Assembly (NCBI GenBank): GCA_003503995.1
Contig: DOCA01000189.1
Location: 1-33,993 of the forward strand
Direction of reading: 5' to 3'
From: Holosporales bacterium
Lineage (GTDB): Bacteria > Pseudomonadota > Alphaproteobacteria > Caedimonadales > UBA9215
Length of the DNA stretch: 33,993 bases
Part shown: piece by piece, positions 23,805 through 33,009 of the stretch
Layout of the letters: each line of letters opens with the position of its first letter
How positions within the stretch are numbered: the stretch's first letter is position 1
The notes under the pieces: generated by a model
The model's database searches: none
What the model was told of the DNA's origin: nothing
What the model saw: the letters and a program-made list of their open reading frames with translations, nothing else
Program-made: the position numbers and the translations under genes

Positions 23805-25701
23805 CAGGATTTTCCTTTGTGTTGTGTAGCTCTGAAGCTTTAAGTTTTTTCTTTTTCTGGGCCGCTTTAATTTTAGCCTGCCAATTTTCACCAAGGTTAC
23901 TGGCTGCCTTTGCGACATTATCGATATTTGTTTTGGCTCGAATTTCGCTATAAAGCTCGCTAAGATCGATTTTGCTGAAATCTATTCTCTGAAGTTCTGT
24001 AACACTAAACGGTCGGCAATCAGGACTCTTTGCATCACCCCACCTAATACCCAGTTGAGCTCGACCTTGTTCATGAACAATTTTGGCAAGCTTTGACCCA
24101 AAGCAGCAAAACGACGTTTTTTTTGTCAAACAAATTTTCGTAACAGCTTCTTTTTGAGAACAGTAAGTTCCCACACGAACACACTTATTAGCATCACGCT
24201 CTTTTTTCAGATTCTTCTCATCTTCAGAACAGTTTTGACCGAGACCAACGGACCGTCCCCAACCTCCGCTTCCACAACAGTCTTGGAAACTCATGGTTGA
24301 TTTAGAGCATTTCATGCCATTGCCCCTAAAGACCGTGGCATTCTCAGCATCCATGTCCTTTGCAATTTCCCGAAAGATAGACATCTTAGACATGGCCTCA
24401 GCAAAATCCGTATTGGGTGACCAGCTACGATCATCGCAATTACCATCCAAACAAAAAGGCACCTCACCGCCAATTTTAGTCACTCCATTTCCGAGCTTTT
24501 CAGAGCGGCATAAGAATGTCTTCTGATGCTCAACACAAACCCCCTCAACACGAGTTTTGCAATCTGCTGTTGTACGCTCACAGCCAGCAGACCTAAACGG
24601 CCCACAGTTATCTTTAGAAGGGTATTTACAATGGTAAGTTCGGCGACGTTTCCACCAATCCCTTGTTACTTTGAGACACTCATCGCCCTCGCAAAATTCA
24701 CGGGTTTCTGGTCCTTCTAGGATTTCTTCACTTCCATAGACACACAATCCTGTACTGGATTGCTTTTCGTAACCCGAGCAAGAATCCTCAACCACATCTT
24801 TTTTAGGGTCTGCTGATAAAGCTTCTTTATATCTAATAGTGATTTTCGCCCCTAAGCGAGTATTAACAAAGGTCCCATTAGAGCTGGGGCCTGTGCTTCT
24901 ATATTCAGCAGTTGTCCACATAATACAATTTCGAAGGTTTTTTTGACCGTGCCAGTAAAGATCATTTTGAATTGTATTAACAAACCACTCATTTGAAGAG
25001 CTTATTGATATCACCTTTCCATTAAACCCCTCTCCTAAACCCTCTCCCAAGGAAAAATCTGATGAATCCACTTCTTGAAAGGGGGACCATGAATAGCCAC
25101 CAGCATGGTTTGCTACATAGACTTTTGTTGGATCAGAGGGGTCCATTGCATAAAGGCGATGCGTGTTACTTGTTGGGTAAGAAATAGTCATTTCATAGGT
25201 TTTTTCTTCTCCACCCTTAAGCGTCACATGCCGTGTTTGATCACAAGTATAGGTTGCGGGTTCAGCACTCTCCTCGCATACATGGGTTGTTTCTATTACT
25301 TCCCTTACACCGCCAGTTTTTTTTTCAGGCTCACCACCAATAACAGCAAGAGGATCACTGATAATTTCATTTGAATTTTTAATGAGTGCATCTTCTGCCG
25401 TAATGCGAAAGCCATGCTCTAATCGTTCCCGTTGGCTATTAATAACTGCTGCCCCTGTTTTATTCTCAGGGTCATGGGTCATTTCTGTCGCGGCATCACC
25501 CATTTTATGAAAGTTCTCTTGATAATCAGTTTCGGGCACATTTTCACCTTGATAGTCAGGAACATCCTCCGTCTTAAGAGCATTAGGACCCTGTATTAAA
25601 CTTTCTCCAAGACTCTTACCATCAACATAAGAAAGCTTATCGTTTGCCAAAGAATGACAAGGGACAGATAAGATTATAAGTAAGGCTATAAAACGATTCA
25701 T
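23791..25701 (-). CDS. traN: TraN (F-type; Cys-rich outer-membrane mating-pair stabilisation protein)
   Basis: Signal peptide, many conserved Cys residues, and the C-terminal CCGSGGWG ... CC..S.LAKIV.EQGR motifs typical of TraN. Confidence 0.9.
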   Translation of the reverse strand: MNRFIALLIILSVPCHSLANDKLSYVDGKSLGESLIQGPNALKTEDVPDYQGENVPETDYQENFHKMGDAATEMTHDPENKTGAAVINSQRERLEHGFRITAEDALIKNSNEIISDPLAVIGGEPEKKTGGVREVIETTHVCEESAEPATYTCDQTRHVTLKGGEEKTYEMTISYPTSNTHRLYAMDPSDPTKVYVANHAGGYSWSPFQEVDSSDFSLGEGLGEGFNGKVISISSSNEWFVNTIQNDLYWHGQKNLRNCIMWTTAEYRSTGPSSNGTFVNTRLGAKITIRYKEALSADPKKDVVEDSCSGYEKQSSTGLCVYGSEEILEGPETREFCEGDECLKVTRDWWKRRRTYHCKYPSKDNCGPFRSAGCERTTADCKTRVEGVCVEHQKTFLCRSEKLGNGVTKIGGEVPFCLDGNCDDRSWSPNTDFAEAMSKMSIFREIAKDMDAENATVFRGNGMKCSKSTMSFQDCCGSGGWGRSVGLGQNCSEDEKNLKKERDANKCVRVGTYCSQKEAVTKICLTKKTSFCCFGSKLAKIVHEQGRAQLGIRWGDAKSPDCRPFSVTELQRIDFSKIDLSELYSEIRAKTNIDNVAKAASNLGENWQAKIKAAQKKKKLKASELHNTKENPDVSL

Positions 25702-26393
25702 ATTTTCCTCTCTTTTTGTGTTTGAAGAAGGTTTTGAGCCGCCCCTAGGAGCTCCCCTTCTACGGCAAATAATTCAACAGCAGACCTTGCGGAAACGTTA
25801 CCAGTGACCTTGTCGTAGGGACCTTGGATTTCGCCCTCTTTAACTTCTGTTAGAACAAATGTTGGGACACGCTTTACCTCGAAACGCTCAAATAAAGTGG
25901 GGTCAATATCAATGGGAATACCAAGAGTTCTGAGCCGAGCTTGTGTTTCCTTGAAAGAATTATTCTCTAACCCTTGAATAACGAGGTTGCCACCCATAGC
26001 TTTAGCTTGTTCAGAAAGCGCCTTAAGAATCTCATCGGGCAAAGAGAGACTTACAAAGATATAAAGCCCTTTATCACCTTGATAACGCGCTTTCGGGGAA
26101 TCGAGAGACATTTTAGAGGCTTTGCAAGTCTTGCCCGATTTCTTAAGCGGAACAGAGTCATTGGTTTTAAAGACAGGTTCCTTTGTTTCTTCATCAAAGC
26201 CAAAAAACGAAGGGTACTTTTGGTTCTTAGTGTTTTCGATAATGTTTTGAGCATCACCGAGGGCAGAGTCCCGTTGAGAAACCGAATCACGAGCAATGTC
26301 TTGAGCCATACGCGTATAGTCTGTGGCTTGAATGGGTGAGATAAGAGCTAAAAACACCCCGAAAGATATTCTTGACAAAAACATGTTAAACAT
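25698..26393 (-). CDS. trbC: TrbC (F-type pilus assembly protein). Start at 26393, 26384 or 26411.
   Basis: Signal peptide MFLSRISFGVFLALISPIQA. GLYIFVSLSLPDEILKALSEQAKAMGGNLVIQGL ... IDIDPTLFERFEVKRVPTFVL matches TrbC_Ftype. ATGA overlap with traN. Confidence 0.8.
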   Translation of the reverse strand: MFNMFLSRISFGVFLALISPIQATDYTRMAQDIARDSVSQRDSALGDAQNIIENTKNQKYPSFFGFDEETKEPVFKTNDSVPLKKSGKTCKASKMSLDSPKARYQGDKGLYIFVSLSLPDEILKALSEQAKAMGGNLVIQGLENNSFKETQARLRTLGIPIDIDPTLFERFEVKRVPTFVLTEVKEGEIQGPYDKVTGNVSARSAVELFAVEGELLGAAQNLLQTQKERKI

Positions 26394-26405
26394 GTTAAAC
26401 TTGTT
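26372..26405 (+). promoter_or_regulatory. relBE promoter with triple 9-bp operator-like repeat
   Basis: TTGACA (26372-26377), 18 nt, then TAAACT (26396-26401). Tandem repeats AAACATGTT AAACATGTT AAACTTGTT (26379-26405), the first two carrying the palindrome AACATGTT. AAGGAG RBS at 26419-26424. Confidence 0.45.
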
Positions 26406-26431
26406 ATACATAGACAATAAGGAGTAGTGCG

Positions 26432-26665
26432 ATGAGTATGCTTGGTGTACGACTCGATGACCATTTACAAAAGACGCTAGACGGAGCTTGTTCCCTAAGC
26501 AAGAGATCAAAATCATCAATCGTGAAAGAAATACTTGAAGAACATTTGCAAGATTTTTACGATTATCATTTAGCTTTATCACGGATTGAAAAGCGGAAGA
26601 AATCAGGTGAAAAATCCTACTCTTTGAAAGACATTGAGGATGAGTTAGAGCTAAACGATGACTGA
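26432..26665 (+). CDS. relB: RelB-type ribbon-helix-helix antitoxin
   Basis: LGVRLDDHLQKTLDGACSLSKRSKSSIVKEILEEHL (RHH). Overlaps the toxin gene by 8 nt. Confidence 0.85.
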   Translation: MSMLGVRLDDHLQKTLDGACSLSKRSKSSIVKEILEEHLQDFYDYHLALSRIEKRKKSGEKSYSLKDIEDELELNDD

Positions 26666-26942
26666 TAAACCCCTTTGGGAGCTGACCTTTTCTAAAGAGG
26701 CCAGAAAAGACCTTAAAAAGCTCGATAAGCCTATTCAAAAGAGGCTTATATCCTACCTGAAAGAGCGTGTTATAACTTTGGAAGACCCTAGAACACTTGG
26801 GAAACCTTTGGGTCATGAGATGAGCCATATATGGAGATACCGTGTGGGTGACTACCGTATCTTGTGCGAAATCATAGACCAAGCTCTGTGCATTGAAGTT
26901 GTTCAAACTGGCCACAGAAAAGAAATCTACGATATTCATTAA
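26658..26942 (+). CDS. relE: RelE/ParE-family toxin
   Basis: FSKEARKDLKKLDKPIQKRL ... IWRYRVGDYRILCEIIDQALCIEVVQTGHRKEIY is canonical RelE/StbE. Confidence 0.9.
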   Translation: MTDKPLWELTFSKEARKDLKKLDKPIQKRLISYLKERVITLEDPRTLGKPLGHEMSHIWRYRVGDYRILCEIIDQALCIEVVQTGHRKEIYDIH

Positions 26943-26971
26943 TTTTTTCATCATCGTTCCGTTTTCCTTTT

Positions 26972-27967
26972 CTATAAAAGACAGCAATCGCGTTTGCGCC
27001 AAATAAGATACCCAAAGTCCTCTCCCTTAAAGGGGTATTCACGACCAGATTGCCAAAACACTTCTGTGGCCCCAAAGGCCTGACATTTATTAGTTTGAGG
27101 AATGGGGTAAGTCATTTGAGTGCGATATTGTGATTTCTTAATGATCGGCATAGGGTACTTATCACAAAGCCCTTGAATGCCGATGTACCCCTTCAAAAGC
27201 CCTTCTCTGTGCAACTTAGCCATAAAGCGCCCCATAACAAGAAGGCTGGCTTGAACACCCCCAGAGTGATCGTTTACCGTTCCTGTGAAAGGGTAAGTAC
27301 TCCCTTGGCAACCATTGCACCAAAATAAGATATCCAATGGCATGCCAACGGATGACGTGACGCAATCGGCAACACAAGCCGCTTGGGCAATGGGGTTACC
27401 AAAAAGAATAGCTTCAGGATTTAAAATGGCGTTTTTCTCGTCATCATTCCAAAAGGGATCGATCTCTGTTAAATAGCCAACATCAATGCTGCCCGACTCA
27501 ATGCAAACAAAATCAGTTAAAACTTCAAGGATGTAAAGAATGGGATAGATATACCAATGAACATTATAAAAGCTACGCTTCTGCCCATCAGCATCATCAT
27601 CACTTGTGTGGCCTCTATCTATGACCCCCGTATTCATCAACTGAACTCCCCCAAGGTTCACAAAACAATAAGGCGTTCTCGTCACATCCACGAGGCGAGC
27701 AGGTTCCCAATAAGAAATAGGAATGCCAGGAATGTCGTAAGGAATGGGCGGCCTTTTACACCAACAAATAATAGGCTGTTGACCTTCATCGGGGTCAGAT
27801 ACATCCCCTCCTACAATGGTGAGGCTTGCAATTTTGAGGGGAAAAATACAGCTCCAGCAAATATCAATAATGGGGTTCAAAAAGCGACCAACGCAATTTG
27901 CATGCACATTACTTATTTGTGCAACACCAATCCAAAAAATTGTGAGGAGGGAAATAATCAAGCGCAT
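26972..27967 (-). CDS. traU: TraU (F-type)
   Basis: Signal peptide, then CVGRFLNPIIDICWSCIFPLKIA and further conserved Cys motifs characteristic of TraU. Confidence 0.92.
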   Translation of the reverse strand: MRLIISLLTIFWIGVAQISNVHANCVGRFLNPIIDICWSCIFPLKIASLTIVGGDVSDPDEGQQPIICWCKRPPIPYDIPGIPISYWEPARLVDVTRTPYCFVNLGGVQLMNTGVIDRGHTSDDDADGQKRSFYNVHWYIYPILYILEVLTDFVCIESGSIDVGYLTEIDPFWNDDEKNAILNPEAILFGNPIAQAACVADCVTSSVGMPLDILFWCNGCQGSTYPFTGTVNDHSGGVQASLLVMGRFMAKLHREGLLKGYIGIQGLCDKYPMPIIKKSQYRTQMTYPIPQTNKCQAFGATEVFWQSGREYPFKGEDFGYLIWRKRDCCLL

Positions 27968-27968
27968 G

Positions 27969-28316
27969 CTATTTTTTCTTTCCTACCTTAGAAAGAAAGT
28001 CCCTGTGCTCACTACCAAATGGTTTTTCTTTTATTTCTTCTCTCTTTAAACGTCTTTCTTCATCTATCTTTGCATTACGCTCCTTCAGTTCTTTCCAAGC
28101 CGTATCTACAGATCCCGCTTGAGAATGAAATTTTCGAGAGGCTTCTTCACGGTCTTGCCTCATTTGATCTTGCTGGGAAAAAACTTGAGAGAGAACTTTC
28201 TGTTCTAGTTGCTGGTGATAACAATAGACCTCATAGATCTGACCTGATACAAAGCCAACAACAAATGTTGTAACGCCTACGATGAGCGATTTTTTATGTT
28301 TTTTTATAAAAGTCAT
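27969..28316 (-). CDS. Small N-terminally anchored coiled-coil protein (115 aa) between traW and traU
   Basis: MTFIKKHKKSLIVGVTTFVVGFVSGQIY, then a charged helix. AAGGAAA RBS upstream of the ATG at 28316. Position and topology recall TrbI-like small tra proteins, but no sequence motif was recognised. Confidence 0.6.
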   Translation of the reverse strand: MTFIKKHKKSLIVGVTTFVVGFVSGQIYEVYCYHQQLEQKVLSQVFSQQDQMRQDREEASRKFHSQAGSVDTAWKELKERNAKIDEERRLKREEIKEKPFGSEHRDFLSKVGKKK

Positions 28317-28344
28317 TTTATTTTCCTTTTTGTTAGACTTTAAA

Positions 28345-28956
28345 TTACTCAACAATGAGTTCTTCGATTAAAAGCTGATGCTTCTCTTGACTAATACGGG
28401 CTGGAATCTGACGAACCTGAAACCTTTCAACAATCTTCCCTCCCTGATCAAAATAAAAACGCGTTCCCGTTTGACGGAAAAGCTCTATGGGAGATCCCCT
28501 CACTAAAACGATTTTTCCGTTCTGACCCACAGCCCAAGACACTTGATTTGGATCAGACCCATCTATAAGAATTAAGGGCACTCCCCAAGAAAACATCTTT
28601 AGGGGGTTAACCTTCGTTCCTTTCCCATGAATAAGGGTTCCTTGATGATCTCGAATATCGTTTTCAACGGTGATGGAGGGATCAAAATAATAGGAACGCT
28701 CTTCTTGGGTTTTCTGAAGGCCTTCAACTGGCAAGGGATTTAACACACGTGCCTTCACACGTTTTTTAATATCCTCTTCCATCGCCTCAAGCTTTCCCTC
28801 AGAAGCAGCATTTTGAACACGTCTTTGAATCATCGTTAAAAAACTTTCCTCGGTAATCTCAAAAGAATGTCCAATATCTGCAAAGTTCTTTGCGTCAAGG
28901 GAGAGGGAAAAACATGTGGAGAGACATAGCACTGAAAGTGAATAAGGGTTCATCAT
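28345..28956 (-). CDS. traW: TraW (F-type)
   Basis: Signal peptide, DIGHSFEITEESFLTMIQRRV, and a position between traC and traU. Shares 1 nt with the traC stop. Confidence 0.87.
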   Translation of the reverse strand: MMNPYSLSVLCLSTCFSLSLDAKNFADIGHSFEITEESFLTMIQRRVQNAASEGKLEAMEEDIKKRVKARVLNPLPVEGLQKTQEERSYYFDPSITVENDIRDHQGTLIHGKGTKVNPLKMFSWGVPLILIDGSDPNQVSWAVGQNGKIVLVRGSPIELFRQTGTRFYFDQGGKIVERFQVRQIPARISQEKHQLLIEELIVE

Positions 28957-31535
28957 TAAGCAGCCTCTTTTTGTCGGCTAGATAAAACACTCTGAATGCT
29001 CTCATCCAATGTTTTACCAGAGGCTTGAAGATCCCTCAAAAGAGCCACTTCATCGGAATCCGTACTATAAAGAAGGGTGCTGTATTCATCACAGTGCAAA
29101 CGACACGGAACACTCGGAACATCAGAATGTTGTAAAACCATCTCACTGTATGTTTTAGCAGGCTTGAGTGACCTTAAGAGGGTTTCACGATAACCATCCT
29201 TTAAAAGCTCCTTTAATTGAGGATGTTCTTTTAGACCAGAAAGTGTATCTCCTTCTTGGTTAAAAATGACCTTCCAAGCACTGTTTGCCCAGGCAGCCTT
29301 AGGCCCACTTCTTTCATTATCAAAGAAATGTTCAAGAGATTGAGTAGCAACCCCAAGGGAAAAGCGATACTTCCGAGAGGTCAACGCCATGGCTTCTAAG
29401 AAATCACCCGTTACCTTTCCCCTAAGCAAATCCCACCCCTCATCAATTAAAACGAGGAAAGGAAACTTCCAACTTGATTTGATCATCCGTTGCCAAACTT
29501 GAACCATCATCATCATGACCATAACGCCCTTTAAGGGCTCTTCTAAATTATCTGTTTCAATGACAACAAAGTCCGAATTCACATCAATGTTTGCTGGTGG
29601 ATTAAAAAAGTTTCCGTAAATTCCCTTGGTCGTAAAGTCCAATAAACATCTTGCAATATCTTGAGCCCTCGTATCTTTATGAGCATTCAAAAGCTCATAG
29701 ATATCGTCTATGCACCCCTTAGATTTTTTGTCGTCCCAAACCTTATAAAGAGCCTCCTTCAAAAAGCTCTCTTTTACATCACATCTTGCCCCAGAAGGAA
29801 ATGCCATTTGACGTAAAATACTCTGAAATCCAGACATCAACTCCTTCCATGAATCACGTTCGTCCTGGCTATGACCTTCGGGAATATGAGTGAAGGGATT
29901 CAGTGAAAAATCCGTAGAATGGTCAAAGTTAATGTGATGGCCACCCAAGCTTAAGCAGAGGTTCTTAAAAGAATTTCCCTTATCAAGAACAAAGGCTTTT
30001 CCGCCAACAGCAATGGTATTCATAATCAACTCATTGCACAAAAAGCTCTTGCCTGATCCTGGAACACCCGTAATACAAAAATTAAAATTACCTGGGGTTT
30101 TATACATGGCTTCCCCTGGAATAAAACGACCATCAAAAGGTGTCCAAAAAGCAAGTTGACCATTAGGTCCAACAAGAGGAATGCCAGGGGCTCTTTGGCC
30201 CGTCCACTCACCAACAATAGGCAAAAGATTTTGAGGCTCTTTCGTAATGGTTTTCCTCGTGACACCAAGAGCCTTCAAAGTTGCCCCTGCCCCAATTACT
30301 TCTTTCTTTGGTCTAAACCCTTTAAGGCAGGTAACAGAACCCGTTGTCCACATCATGGGCATGGATGCTAAAAATAAATTATGATGATTATAAGTGGCAC
30401 TTTCTGAAGACCAGCCATACTCATTCCAAATAGACTCAACCGTGCTTTTAACTGATGCTAGTCTATGTGGTTCGCAAATGGTCGTTAGGGAAAGGCACGC
30501 ATCAATCACACGTTCTCCCCTTTGAATCTCATTCAAGACTTCAGTGGCTTCAGCAAAGTCCTCCTCAATACCTGTTTGCCACTTCGCTAAAGGATTATTA
30601 ATTGTATTTTGATAGGTCTCCCTCTTCGCAATGGCTCTTCTTTTTTGATTGTTCTGATCTTCACAAACCGTAAATCCATAGTGCATCAAGAAAGCGCAGG
30701 GAATGGTTTCACCCTTGTTGAGAACGCCTCCAAAGAGCTTATCCATATGTCCCAAAGCCCAATGCTTTGGTGTGTTGTTCGGTAAAAAGCTATGGGCAAC
30801 AAACTTATCGTCCCTTAAGAACAAACCATCTTGGTCTATACGACCATTAATATCAAAGGATGGAATAAGCCTTGAGATTTCCTCATGCTCTGAATACCAG
30901 CACTCATCATCTTTGCTTGTCTCTTCAAAATTTAGGATATTACCAACTTCTCTAATGAGGCCTTTGTCATCTAAGACACTCGAATAAAGACCTATCTTTT
31001 CAAAAGACCCTTGAAGATTCTCTCTAAGGCGAACGAGGTCCTCCTTTTCAATGGGAGAGGCAATTACATTTGGCAGTGTATAAGAAATAAGAACTTTAAA
31101 ATCTCGAATGGGATTCGTTTTATCAAAAGCCTTCTTTTTCAAATAATCATAGCGTCTTTGGGTTAAAGCCTGAAAATCAGGATTGCTACGATAACTCTTC
31201 CAATAATCTAACTGCTTTTCAATGCGAGGGCTGGCCACAAGAAGAAACTGCATTGAGCAGCCCTCAGGTAGATTTCCCTTCTGGTTGAAAAACTTATCAA
31301 TCTTGTTTTGGTCATTAAGACTAACGCCCGCTATTGGCGTAGCCAACAGAACGAAACCTGTAGAATCTCTGTTTAAAAAGAGCTGTGTTTCGCAGTCGTA
31401 GGTATCATAAGGGAGATACTTCCAAAATTTATCCACAGTAACCTTCATGAAACTCAATGGAATATGATCTGTATTAACACCTTGCGATCCTTCCCCAAAG
31501 AAAGAGGAAATTTTTTGATTGAGCTCCCTAATCAT
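28956..31535 (-). CDS. traC: TraC (F-type VirB4-family ATPase), 859 aa
   Basis: Walker A GVPGSGKS and Walker B LVLIDEGW. Size and position are typical of F TraC. Confidence 0.95.
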   Translation of the reverse strand: MIRELNQKISSFFGEGSQGVNTDHIPLSFMKVTVDKFWKYLPYDTYDCETQLFLNRDSTGFVLLATPIAGVSLNDQNKIDKFFNQKGNLPEGCSMQFLLVASPRIEKQLDYWKSYRSNPDFQALTQRRYDYLKKKAFDKTNPIRDFKVLISYTLPNVIASPIEKEDLVRLRENLQGSFEKIGLYSSVLDDKGLIREVGNILNFEETSKDDECWYSEHEEISRLIPSFDINGRIDQDGLFLRDDKFVAHSFLPNNTPKHWALGHMDKLFGGVLNKGETIPCAFLMHYGFTVCEDQNNQKRRAIAKRETYQNTINNPLAKWQTGIEEDFAEATEVLNEIQRGERVIDACLSLTTICEPHRLASVKSTVESIWNEYGWSSESATYNHHNLFLASMPMMWTTGSVTCLKGFRPKKEVIGAGATLKALGVTRKTITKEPQNLLPIVGEWTGQRAPGIPLVGPNGQLAFWTPFDGRFIPGEAMYKTPGNFNFCITGVPGSGKSFLCNELIMNTIAVGGKAFVLDKGNSFKNLCLSLGGHHINFDHSTDFSLNPFTHIPEGHSQDERDSWKELMSGFQSILRQMAFPSGARCDVKESFLKEALYKVWDDKKSKGCIDDIYELLNAHKDTRAQDIARCLLDFTTKGIYGNFFNPPANIDVNSDFVVIETDNLEEPLKGVMVMMMMVQVWQRMIKSSWKFPFLVLIDEGWDLLRGKVTGDFLEAMALTSRKYRFSLGVATQSLEHFFDNERSGPKAAWANSAWKVIFNQEGDTLSGLKEHPQLKELLKDGYRETLLRSLKPAKTYSEMVLQHSDVPSVPCRLHCDEYSTLLYSTDSDEVALLRDLQASGKTLDESIQSVLSSRQKEAA

Positions 31536-31537
31536 TT

Positions 31538-31756
31538 TTAATACACAGCCCCTACCCTAAAATCACTTCCAAAATAGGTGCTCTCTTGAAGGGGTTGATC
31601 GAGCTCTAAGACAATTTCATTCTTATCCATTTTAGTGTTGATAGTCGACATAGAGGCGCAACGCACTCCTTCCCCAACAGGGCAGTCAAAACTCTCCTGA
31701 TAGGTTGAACAAGCCGTTAATGAAACCAACGAAACAAGTGCTAGTATTTTCTTCAT
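31538..31756 (-). CDS. traV: TraV lipoprotein (72 aa)
   Basis: MKKILALVSLVSLTAC lipobox, then FDCPVGEGVRCASM (the conserved TraV Cys pattern). GGAGG RBS. The ORF-track start at 31798 lies inside traB. Confidence 0.87.
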   Translation of the reverse strand: MKKILALVSLVSLTACSTYQESFDCPVGEGVRCASMSTINTKMDKNEIVLELDQPLQESTYFGSDFRVGAVY

Positions 31757-31757
31757 T

Positions 31758-33008
31758 TTAATTTCCTCCCGAAGAATTTGATGATGTGCTAACAGCACGC
31801 AAAGGCGATGCTGTCAGACTTTTTAGATCAAAGCCTTTCTTAAAGACAATATCCACAACACGTCCAGGATGCACAACAAGAACAGGACTCATGTTCTCCG
31901 CACGCTTAATGCTAAAATCAGCTAACTTTTCAAGAGCATTAGAAGCGCCTTGTGCAGCTCCACTTTTTAAGACATCATCTGTTTTTAAGGCGTTGGTTTG
32001 ACCAAAAGGGCTAACAGGAAAAACGGAGCTCTGTGCAGAACTTTTAAAAAAATCACCCAGTCCAGATAACATGCCAGCCACAAAGGCCTCTCGAACAACT
32101 TTGCCAGCTTTATCTACAACTTTTCCACGAAGTCCCGCGCCACCATCTTCTCCAAAAATCCACCCTTCAACCTTCTTTTCTATTTTGCGACCACTAGCTT
32201 CTATAAAAGAAAGAGAATGAATGCGACACATGGCGCGCTCTGATGAAATATCCCCGTAACAACTTCCAATCATCACAGCGTCCTTAAGGCGTGATTTCCA
32301 TCCGCGAGGTTGATTCCCGTGATCGGCTAAACGCATAATAATGGGTTGAGGGTTTCCTTGGGTGGCAACAGACGTTGAAACAACAAGCTTTGAGGTGGTA
32401 ACAGCTTTGACATAAGTCCCCGCTACAACATAATCATTGGCATGGTGAAAGTTATCCTCCGACCCAACGCTAAAATGAAGAATTTTCTTAAAAGGTCTAA
32501 CAGGCTGGCCTGATGGTGAGTTTGTCCCTCCACTTGGAAATGTATTCCCTAAAGTCCCCGTTTGTGGTCTCATAGGCGCTTTAAAGCCAGATGAATTAAA
32601 TCCTGCTGATTGGACTGTTTTTCCAAGAGACTTGTCCTTCACTGTAGGATTAGGTTTAGACTTGCCCCTTTCTTGAGCCATAAGGGCATCCTCAAGGGTT
32701 TTTAGTCTTTTTTCTTGAAGCTCATTTTGTGTTTTAAAGTTCTGGGCAACTTCCGCCATCTTTAGAACTTGTCCTTCAAGACGAGCAGCCCAAATATCGC
32801 GAGCATCAACAACATCACCAATAACCGTCTTCTTCGCTTTTTGAACTTTCTTCTCAACACGGGTTACTTTTTTAACCCCCGCCTGTAAGAAAAAGACTGA
32901 GCCACAGACAACAGTAAGACCCATAACGATTATAATGATCTGTTTCTTTCTAACCAAAGGGCCTGAATCAGCAGGACCCTTTTTAAAGAACTCTGAAAAT
33001 CTTTTCAT
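31758..33008 (-). CDS. traB: TraB (F-type, VirB10-like), 416 aa
   Basis: N-terminal TM IIIIVMGLTVVCGSVFFL, a coiled coil, a Pro/Gly-rich linker and a C-terminal VirB10-like domain. The ATG at 33008 abuts the upstream stop at 33010. Confidence 0.9.
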   Translation of the reverse strand: MKRFSEFFKKGPADSGPLVRKKQIIIIVMGLTVVCGSVFFLQAGVKKVTRVEKKVQKAKKTVIGDVVDARDIWAARLEGQVLKMAEVAQNFKTQNELQEKRLKTLEDALMAQERGKSKPNPTVKDKSLGKTVQSAGFNSSGFKAPMRPQTGTLGNTFPSGGTNSPSGQPVRPFKKILHFSVGSEDNFHHANDYVVAGTYVKAVTTSKLVVSTSVATQGNPQPIIMRLADHGNQPRGWKSRLKDAVMIGSCYGDISSERAMCRIHSLSFIEASGRKIEKKVEGWIFGEDGGAGLRGKVVDKAGKVVREAFVAGMLSGLGDFFKSSAQSSVFPVSPFGQTNALKTDDVLKSGAAQGASNALEKLADFSIKRAENMSPVLVVHPGRVVDIVFKKGFDLKSLTASPLRAVSTSSNSSGGN

Positions 33009-33009
33009 C

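Noticed and set aside
2565-25330. A8-A9/T8-T9 homopolymer runs inside coding regions (for example 2575-2582, 2865-2873, 25317-25325), considered as phase-variation switches
   Set aside because: They encode Lys/Phe runs in an AT-rich genome and all frames are currently intact. There is no evidence of variability from a single sequence. Only the higB tract is mentioned, as a minor note.
26394-27002. N-terminal ~200 codons of the 434-aa ORF-track entry that ends as TrbC
   Set aside because: This part is antisense to the well-supported relB and relE genes and overlaps the traU 3' end. TrbC homology and a signal peptide begin only at the Met codons at 26411, 26393 and 26384.
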